In this document: positions 18,257 through 24,161 of the stretch, piece by piece
Numbering within the stretch: position 1 is the stretch's first letter
Layout of the letters: every line of letters starts with the position of its first letter
IMG/VR virus record: IMGVR_UViG_3300044642_000285
Span: 1 to 27,047 of that record
Reading direction: 5' to 3' (one strand)
DNA: 27,047 nt
Source: a virus
Taxonomy: Duplodnaviria; Caudoviricetes
Notes under the pieces: model-generated
What the model saw: only the letters and a program-made list of their open reading frames with translations
Databases searched by the model: none
What the model was told of the DNA's origin: nothing
Program-made: the position numbers and the translations under genes

Positions 18257-19639
18257 TTAGTTTTGTGTTTGTTGTTTTTCTTTTCTTTTATCTAACAAAT
18301 CTTTTATTCTTTGTCGATTTCTTTCTTCGGTCTGTTCTTCTAATCCTAAAAATGTTACCGAACTTTCAGTGTCAATCTCCAACATACCATTGTCAAATTT
18401 ACAATTCTCAAATACAACCCCATCATCACCAATACGTGATTTAGTAATTGCAATAGTCGCTAATTTCATTTCTTTTTGTTGTAGAGATTTAGCAACTGTA
18501 ATAATTACGTGACCAACCTGAGCTTTTTTGATTGAACCACCCATTTGGTCTGTAGTAACCACATCCGAAGAGATTGAACTTCTATTACCCTGAGTTGCAG
18601 TCCATCCGACTAAATCTAACTCATGACACATTGATTCAAATGCTCTCATAACCGAACCTTCAGATTTCCATTCGTCACCTAAATTCCTATCAGGAACAAC
18701 ACAGTCAATGTAATCTAATAATACCATATCAACTCTTACCCCATCCGCAATCATTTTTCTAATTTGATTTTTGATTTGTAACATAGTCATCGTATCAGAT
18801 GGTAGTTTCTTTAAGATTAATTTATTGGTCATTGAATCTTTTACTTCTTGTACTTTAACCATAACTTCATCTTTCCTTAAAGACAATTCATCAGGATGAA
18901 TTTTCGTCCATAAAGTAATGTGTTTTCTTTGAATAATCTTTGGGTTATCCTCAAAAAATATTTGAAGTACATTATACCCTAAATTAAAGGCGTGATTTGC
19001 AACTTTTGTTAGTAGTGTTGATTTACCGACACCTGTAGGTGCCAGTACCACACCAATTTCCCCTTTAGCCAAACCACCTTTTAAGAGTCTATCAATACCT
19101 GGAATACCCATTGGTATAGGGTGTCGATAATCCTCGTTTAAAACCTCATCTAAATTAAAGAAAACGTCAGATTGACCATCTTCTCTTTCTCCAACTTGTA
19201 AAGCGTTTCTTACTAACTGTTCTACCTTATCGTAGTTCTCAAATTCACCACTATCGATGATTTTTTGAGCTTTATTCATTACTTTCTGTAACTCTTGTTG
19301 TTTACAGAATTTCATAGACTTTTCCTGAACAAATTCACCTCCCTCAAGTGGAGCGTCTTTAATTTTATTAATTGTATCAATAACAATTTTTGAAGCCAAC
19401 TCCTGTTGTAATTCAGATTTGGTGATTTGTTCTAAAGTGTCAAATGTTGGTGTATGTTCATACTTTGCGTAATGTTCTTTAACCATCTGAATGATGATTT
19501 TAAAATATTTGTTTTCAAAGTAATTTGTTTCAATCACATCAAGAATAGACCTCGCAAAGTCTTTATCGATAATGATTTGGTTTAATAATTGTAGCTGAAA
19601 TCCGCTACCTAGATATTCGAAATTTTTGTTTGACGCCAT
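18257..19639 (-). CDS. dnaB: Replicative DNA helicase, DnaB/T4 gp41-like (SF4)
   Basis: MGIPGIDRLLKGGL..GE.GVVLAPTGVGKST (Walker A), LLDYID (Walker B), WTATQGNR, KSRIG arginine-finger region. Confidence 0.93.
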   Translation of the reverse strand: MASNKNFEYLGSGFQLQLLNQIIIDKDFARSILDVIETNYFENKYFKIIIQMVKEHYAKYEHTPTFDTLEQITKSELQQELASKIVIDTINKIKDAPLEGGEFVQEKSMKFCKQQELQKVMNKAQKIIDSGEFENYDKVEQLVRNALQVGEREDGQSDVFFNLDEVLNEDYRHPIPMGIPGIDRLLKGGLAKGEIGVVLAPTGVGKSTLLTKVANHAFNLGYNVLQIFFEDNPKIIQRKHITLWTKIHPDELSLRKDEVMVKVQEVKDSMTNKLILKKLPSDTMTMLQIKNQIRKMIADGVRVDMVLLDYIDCVVPDRNLGDEWKSEGSVMRAFESMCHELDLVGWTATQGNRSSISSDVVTTDQMGGSIKKAQVGHVIITVAKSLQQKEMKLATIAITKSRIGDDGVVFENCKFDNGMLEIDTESSVTFLGLEEQTEERNRQRIKDLLDKRKEKQQTQN

Positions 19640-19661
19640 AGTTTTTTCATTGTTGTATTTG

Positions 19662-19668
19662 ATAAATA
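19662..19668 (-). promoter_or_regulatory. TATTTAT leader motif upstream of the helicase
   Basis: Directly after the TAA of the 150-aa gene, 22 nt before the helicase ATG. Confidence 0.3.
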
Positions 19669-20121
19669 TTAACCTTTTAAAGGAAGTCCGAGGTACTCGA
19701 ATGTTAAATTTTTAGATGAAAAAATGTCAGTCAAGGACATAAGTAAGTTTTTTAGGTGTGGGCGTACATCTACGGTGTATCTTATCTTAGGCGGGTATAT
19801 TTTTGCGTCGAACTGTCTATGACAAATTGTCACATCGCCCATCTTAATATACGCATTAAAATACTCAGGCCCATCAATATACGATGTGTCTAAAACCGCA
19901 GGGTTGTTAGTAATTTCATACTGATTGTCCATCATGTAAGATACTGTTTTCATTTTAAGTTGATGCTTAATGTCATCACTAAAATTAAATAACAACTCAT
20001 AGAGGTCTAATGAGTTTTTGGCGTCAGGATTAAACTCCCTAACATTAAAAAATCTTTGTACTATGATGTTATCATTTACCATCATTAAGAATTCTAATTT
20101 TGTTGATTCTTGTTCTTTCAT
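19669..20121 (-). CDS. Hypothetical protein with two internal repeats (150 aa), in the replication cassette
   Basis: Clean ORF with A-rich leader between the exonuclease and helicase genes. Residues ~9-55 align without gaps to ~88-134. Confidence 0.75.
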   Translation of the reverse strand: MKEQESTKLEFLMMVNDNIIVQRFFNVREFNPDAKNSLDLYELLFNFSDDIKHQLKMKTVSYMMDNQYEITNNPAVLDTSYIDGPEYFNAYIKMGDVTICHRQFDAKIYPPKIRYTVDVRPHLKNLLMSLTDIFSSKNLTFEYLGLPLKG

Positions 20122-20123
20122 AT

Positions 20124-21131
20124 TTATTTTATTTGTTTGTAATTTCTTTTTTCTTTTCTTGTTAATTTCATGAATGGTCTAACAAAGTTAACCCAAGCAT
20201 CGTCACCTTTTGGTAGGAACTTAAAGAACCCATCTTTCATCATCATCTTTAAAAGATTTTTATATCCTCGTCCATCGGGGTCTAAACTTTCTCGATAATA
20301 TAATTCAACTAATTCTTTTGCCTCATCAGTTATTAATGGTTTTGACAAATCTACTATTTTTTCATTAATAATAAAAAATTCTTCACCGTATACCCCTGTT
20401 TTGGTTTTACCTGATAATAAATTTTGTAATACTTTATTATCTTTATCTTCCTTTAAAAGAGTCTCAGCCTTTATTAAAATATCGGTAATAGTTACCGTTC
20501 GGTCAAGTAGTTCAGGGAATAATTTAACTAAAGTTTTCTCCCCTAAATAATAAATTCCGTCTATATTATCTGACTTATCTCCCGATAATATTTTATATGT
20601 TTTAATATTCTGATGTGGGAATTCATGGAATTGAATCTTTATCTTATCACCGTTTTTATAAACTTGTTTTGAGTTTGGGGAATAGATTGACACCTTATCT
20701 GAAATAAGTTGTGTCAAGTCTTTATCTCCCGAAAAAATGGTTTTAATTTCGTCTTCAGATATTTGACAATAGTATGCGATTAAATCATCTGCCTCATTAT
20801 TATCAATGACGATTTGTCTAACGAACATTTCTTCCAAATACTGTTTAATCCTCTCCTTTTGTTCATCAAAGGAGTCTTGTTTAAACTCATTGAAATCACT
20901 TCGTCTGTGTTCTTTATATTGTGGATAGATAAGTCTTCTTGCTGATGAGTTACTAATGCCATCCCAAAACACAACCACTTTATCAAAGTTTTGTTCCTCG
21001 ATAAATCTTCTGATTGTGTTTATGAAATGCCAAGTTCCTCCAACGTGTCTTCCTTCATGATAGAAATCTCTAACACCGTGAAAACCTATTTTAAAAAGAT
21101 TGTTTCCGTCAATTATTAACGTTTTAATCAC
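20124..21131 (-). CDS. 5'-3' exonuclease / flap endonuclease (PolI N-terminal domain, T4 RNase H, T5 D15 family)
   Basis: LIIDGNNL, VVFWDG, YPQYKEHR, EADDLIA, SGDKDLTQL and GDKSDNIDGI..LGEKT (H3TH) motifs; GTG start. Confidence 0.93.
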   Translation of the reverse strand: MIKTLIIDGNNLFKIGFHGVRDFYHEGRHVGGTWHFINTIRRFIEEQNFDKVVVFWDGISNSSARRLIYPQYKEHRRSDFNEFKQDSFDEQKERIKQYLEEMFVRQIVIDNNEADDLIAYYCQISEDEIKTIFSGDKDLTQLISDKVSIYSPNSKQVYKNGDKIKIQFHEFPHQNIKTYKILSGDKSDNIDGIYYLGEKTLVKLFPELLDRTVTITDILIKAETLLKEDKDNKVLQNLLSGKTKTGVYGEEFFIINEKIVDLSKPLITDEAKELVELYYRESLDPDGRGYKNLLKMMMKDGFFKFLPKGDDAWVNFVRPFMKLTRKEKRNYKQIK

Positions 21132-21149
21132 TTAGTTTTTTTTATAATG

Positions 21150-22151
21150 TTACGATTCTCTTTCTTCTCTCAAATCAAAGTCACCATCGGTTCCGATGAT
21201 TTCTTTCCAATAATCCGCGTATTCTTTTTTGTATTTTTCAATTGACGCTTTTTCTTCTGATGCTTCTTTTCCTGCAATAAATCCGTGTGGTGTTACAATG
21301 ATTTTACCGTCTTCATAACCTAAACCATTAATGTGGTTTTTCATAACAGATACTTTAGTTCTTGACGCAAACTTAATAGTTCTTTTGTCTTTAGTTGCGG
21401 TAATTTTAGTTGTCCCCGCGCCCTTTTGATTTCCAAATAAGAAAACTAATGATGAGTTTAACCAAATCGCCTCACCACCTTTAGCTTTAATTTTTGGTTG
21501 ACCAAATGGATTGTCAGGTAATTCAACCCAAGGTTGATTAACAATGATTAAAGTATTTTCAAATTTCGAATCCGCCTTACGACTTCCTGAAATACGTTGG
21601 TTAATACCCATACCAATCTTATCGGCTAATGTAGATGCGTTATGTTGTTTACCACCTTTACCTTCGTAAGTCATCTTACAAGGAACAGAACCAACTGAAT
21701 CCCACATAAAACATAAACTATAATCTAACTCACCTTTTTCTTGAGCGTCTAATAAGGAATTAATATAGTCAGTAATTTGTTCAATATAATCAAAGTTATT
21801 GTTGAAGATGTAAAACCCGTCCCAATCTAATTCACCTGTCGCCTCATCAACAACTTCCTCACAATCAAAACCCATAAGTTTTGCGTGTTCAAAAGACCAT
21901 TTTTGTTCTGTAATAATGAAAACAGGAAGAATTCCTTTTTTCTGAGCGTCAACCGCAGTTTTTACCAACGCAGTTGTCTTTCCTGTATCTGAGTGACCTA
22001 AGAACATATTTAAATGTCCTATAGCAGGCCCTGGTAGTCCAACGGCGTCTAAAAAGTCGTTACCCAAATCAAAAAATCTTTGTGGTTTATATTTTGCAGA
22101 TGTTGAGAACTTATCTTTAATCGATTTAAAATCGTTTTTCTTGATTGCCAT
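21150..22151 (-). CDS. recA: RecA/UvsX-like recombinase
   Basis: GHSDTGKTT (Walker A), FIITEQK, FMWDSVGS (Walker B), IIVNQ, KGGEAI, KNHI. Divergent from cellular RecA, i.e. phage-type. Confidence 0.9.
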   Translation of the reverse strand: MAIKKNDFKSIKDKFSTSAKYKPQRFFDLGNDFLDAVGLPGPAIGHLNMFLGHSDTGKTTALVKTAVDAQKKGILPVFIITEQKWSFEHAKLMGFDCEEVVDEATGELDWDGFYIFNNNFDYIEQITDYINSLLDAQEKGELDYSLCFMWDSVGSVPCKMTYEGKGGKQHNASTLADKIGMGINQRISGSRKADSKFENTLIIVNQPWVELPDNPFGQPKIKAKGGEAIWLNSSLVFLFGNQKGAGTTKITATKDKRTIKFASRTKVSVMKNHINGLGYEDGKIIVTPHGFIAGKEASEEKASIEKYKKEYADYWKEIIGTDGDFDLREERES

Positions 22152-22181
22152 AAATGTCTATGTTATTGTTTTTTTTTAGTT

Positions 22182-22239
22182 AAAAAATAAGAGCTTAGAC
22201 ACTTACATAGACATTGTGTCCTAGTAATTGTCCAAGCTC
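22182..22239 (-). terminator. Long hairpin with U-tract between ssb and recA (terminator/attenuator-like)
   Basis: Minus-strand RNA GAGCUUGGACA-A-UUAC-UAGGACA-CAA-UGUCUAU-GUAA-G-UGUCUAAGCUC followed by UUAUUUUUU. The outer 11-bp stem pairs fully only on the minus strand (one G-U pair). Confidence 0.75.
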
Positions 22240-22249
22240 ATTAGTAATA

Positions 22250-23104
22250 TTAGAACGGCATATCTTCGTCAGGTTCTGCGTTCGCTTGTGGGTCTGAATT
22301 TACTTTTTTAGATTCTCCACCCATAGAGATTTCACCTTGAGATGAGTCTCCGTATACATAACCACCTTTGTCAGAATCCCAACGTGGAGTTTCTCCACGA
22401 GCAATAGATTCAAGGTATTCTTCAGGTTTTTTAGAATAAACATCTTCCCAAGTTAACTCATCCTTAATCCATGCGTCCGCAGACTCTTTGTTTTCATGTA
22501 CAGGAGCTGGGTCGTCATACATAACAGTTTGAATAACCGTATACGTCGCACCTTTAGGTGTTTTTGCTTTGGTTAACTCAAGAATAATGTCACGACCATT
22601 ATCGGGGTCCGTGATATCACCTTTAGCTCTCCAAATAGGAATAATCTTATCTAAGATACCCTCGTTTTTGTAATTGTGTTTGAATCTCCAAAACTTAACT
22701 CCATCAGACTCGTTATCACGGTCGATAACTTTAACGATGTAAAATTTACGAGATAAGTATTGTTTCGCTAATTCTTTATCAGAATCTTTACCTGTTGAAC
22801 GTAGTTCTTCATAAACTTCATTCAATGGTGAACGCTCATTGTCATTCTTACCTGGGTCATAAAATTTTTGGAATTTCCCGTCAACCTGAATCTCGTGGTA
22901 CCAAACTTCTTTAAATGGTGAAGAACCATCTGGTGTTGGTAAAATACGTAGTCTTCGTTGACCTTGTTTTTCAGTATCCTTAAGGATAGCTGCGAAGTAT
23001 TTTTTCATTCTTTCTTCTTGTGTGAATTTTGAGGTGGAAGAAGAACCACCTTGTTTCGCTTGCTCGTATTGAGCTAAAACCGCGTCTAATGAATTTGTCG
23101 CCAT
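22250..23104 (-). CDS. ssb: Single-stranded DNA-binding protein, T4 gp32-like
   Basis: RLRILP...PF.E.WYH, K.Y..VIDR....GVKFW.F, GDITDP.NGRDI.L pattern of gp32-family SSBs; acidic tail ending EPDEDMPF; adjacent to the recombinase gene. Confidence 0.82.
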   Translation of the reverse strand: MATNSLDAVLAQYEQAKQGGSSSTSKFTQEERMKKYFAAILKDTEKQGQRRLRILPTPDGSSPFKEVWYHEIQVDGKFQKFYDPGKNDNERSPLNEVYEELRSTGKDSDKELAKQYLSRKFYIVKVIDRDNESDGVKFWRFKHNYKNEGILDKIIPIWRAKGDITDPDNGRDIILELTKAKTPKGATYTVIQTVMYDDPAPVHENKESADAWIKDELTWEDVYSKKPEEYLESIARGETPRWDSDKGGYVYGDSSQGEISMGGESKKVNSDPQANAEPDEDMPF

Positions 23105-23134
23105 ATTTGTTAAAGTATTTAATTGATTTAAATA

Positions 23135-23163
23135 AGTATAAGTACCAACTATGGGTTTGTCAA
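23135..23163 (-). promoter_or_regulatory. Sigma70-type promoter driving the replication cassette
   Basis: TTGACA (23163-23158), 17-nt spacer, TATACT (23140-23135), AT-rich UP-like sequence upstream; 30 nt before the ssb ATG. Confidence 0.8.
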
Positions 23164-23177
23164 ATAAATTTTAAACT

Positions 23178-23200
23178 AAAAACGGTCCGAAGACCGTTTT
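23178..23200 (-). terminator. Rho-independent terminator with C(UUCG)G tetraloop
   Basis: AAAACGGTC-TTCG-GACCG-TTTTT, 5 nt after the stop of the 227-aa gene. UUCG-capped terminators are typical of T4-like phages. Confidence 0.88.
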
Positions 23201-23205
23201 ATATT

Positions 23206-23889
23206 TTACCTAACTTGTTTGAAAGAATCGATTTGGTCATCTAACCCTTCAAAGTTTCTAAATGTTTTTTTAATATCGATTGGTGAATAATCCTCAACAT
23301 CGTCTTTGGTTAAAATATACTCATTTTTTCCTGACTTTTCCATATCTTCTTCTTTATCTTCGAAGAAATCTGTTAATTTTTGGTTAAATGGCCCTGAGTC
23401 TAAACTTCTAAGTTCCAATTTTTCTTGAGGTGTCTTTTCTCTATATTTTTCAACTTTCATTTCTAAGTCATTCAACTTATTCATGATATTATCCATTTCA
23501 CCTAATTTACCTTCTAAGTCTGTAAGGTGTTTGAATAAGTTATCAAAATATTCTTCTTGTTTTTTCTCAACTTGTTTTTGTGAGTTAACTAAGTCACTAA
23601 TATCAAGTTCCTCAGTCTTACCTTTTTCTTCCCCAACTTTTTCAACATCAGGGTCAGTTGCAACATCAACGGTTGTTGGTTCTGGCGCAGGTGCCGCAGG
23701 TGGTTCAACTCCAACAGGTGGTGGAGGCATTGCTCCTGCATCCGCTGGCGGAAAAACTCCTGGGTCGGCAGGAGGTAAAGCTCCTTCTTCAGGAGGTGGA
23801 GGTAATGTTGCCTCTTGTTCGAAGATATAATTGTTAATGGATTTATATCTTGAGATTTCCTCAATAATTCTATTGTCTACTCTTTTCAT
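23206..23889 (-). CDS. Acidic, proline-rich coiled-coil protein (227 aa); possibly head scaffold/internal or assembly protein
   Basis: Pro-rich low-complexity N-terminal half; heptad-like LFKHLTDLEGKLGEMDNIMNKLNDLEMKVEKY; own terminator downstream. Function is inferred only. Confidence 0.7.
   Translation of the reverse strand: MKRVDNRIIEEISRYKSINNYIFEQEATLPPPPEEGALPPADPGVFPPADAGAMPPPPVGVEPPAAPAPEPTTVDVATDPDVEKVGEEKGKTEELDISDLVNSQKQVEKKQEEYFDNLFKHLTDLEGKLGEMDNIMNKLNDLEMKVEKYREKTPQEKLELRSLDSGPFNQKLTDFFEDKEEDMEKSGKNEYILTKDDVEDYSPIDIKKTFRNFEGLDDQIDSFKQVR
23689..23784 (-). repeat. Four degenerate 24-nt (8-aa) coding tandem repeats
   Basis: GALPPADP / GVFPPADA / GAMPPPPV / GVEPPAAP; exactly 96 nt. 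Confidence 0.7.
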
Positions 23890-23893
23890 TTGT

Positions 23894-24118
23894 TTAACCG
23901 TTTAAAAGTTGTTTCACCCCTGTTAGAGTTTCAACCTGAATCTTTTTATTTTTTGTCATTGTATTATCAACTCTTTCAATTAAACCATCTTTCATTCTGA
24001 TAGTGTAACAATCTCCAGTGTCTAAATCACATACTTGTTTAGAACCATCACCCAAGTCTTTCTCAGTGCTTCTGGTATTTTTGCCTAAATAGTTGTCTAA
24101 TATTAATTTTGTGTTCAT
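23894..24118 (-). CDS. Small hypothetical protein (74 aa)
   Basis: Fills the gap between neighbouring genes, ATG start, TATTTAT motif 14 nt upstream, 4 nt from the next ATG. Contains C-x6-C (VCDLDTGDCY). Confidence 0.7.
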   Translation of the reverse strand: MNTKLILDNYLGKNTRSTEKDLGDGSKQVCDLDTGDCYTIRMKDGLIERVDNTMTKNKKIQVETLTGVKQLLNG

Positions 24119-24132
24119 AATAGTGTTTCTAT

Positions 24133-24139
24133 ATAAATA
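24133..24139 (-). promoter_or_regulatory. TATTTAT leader motif, candidate late promoter
   Basis: In the 43-nt intergenic gap, 14 nt upstream of the ATG at 24118. Confidence 0.4.
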
Positions 24140-24161
24140 TCGTTTATTATTAAAAAATTAC

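Noticed and set aside
15308-18444. ORFs 15308-15694, 17406-17621, 17667-17870, 18001-18192 and 18220-18444
   Set aside because: They overlap the highly conserved nrdA, nrdB and helicase genes; shadow frames.
14857-22151. Inteins, group I introns or homing endonucleases in nrdA, nrdB, helicase or recA
   Set aside because: All four have normal lengths and contiguous motifs; no intein-like C...HN boundaries or LAGLIDADG/HNH/GIY-YIG ORFs were seen.
20780-23864. ORFs 20780-20986, 23029-23244, 23483-23830 and 23589-23864
   Set aside because: Alternative or antisense frames of real genes. The Gly-rich 115-aa ORF is the mirror of the Pro-rich repeat, and 23029-23244 crosses a promoter and a terminator.
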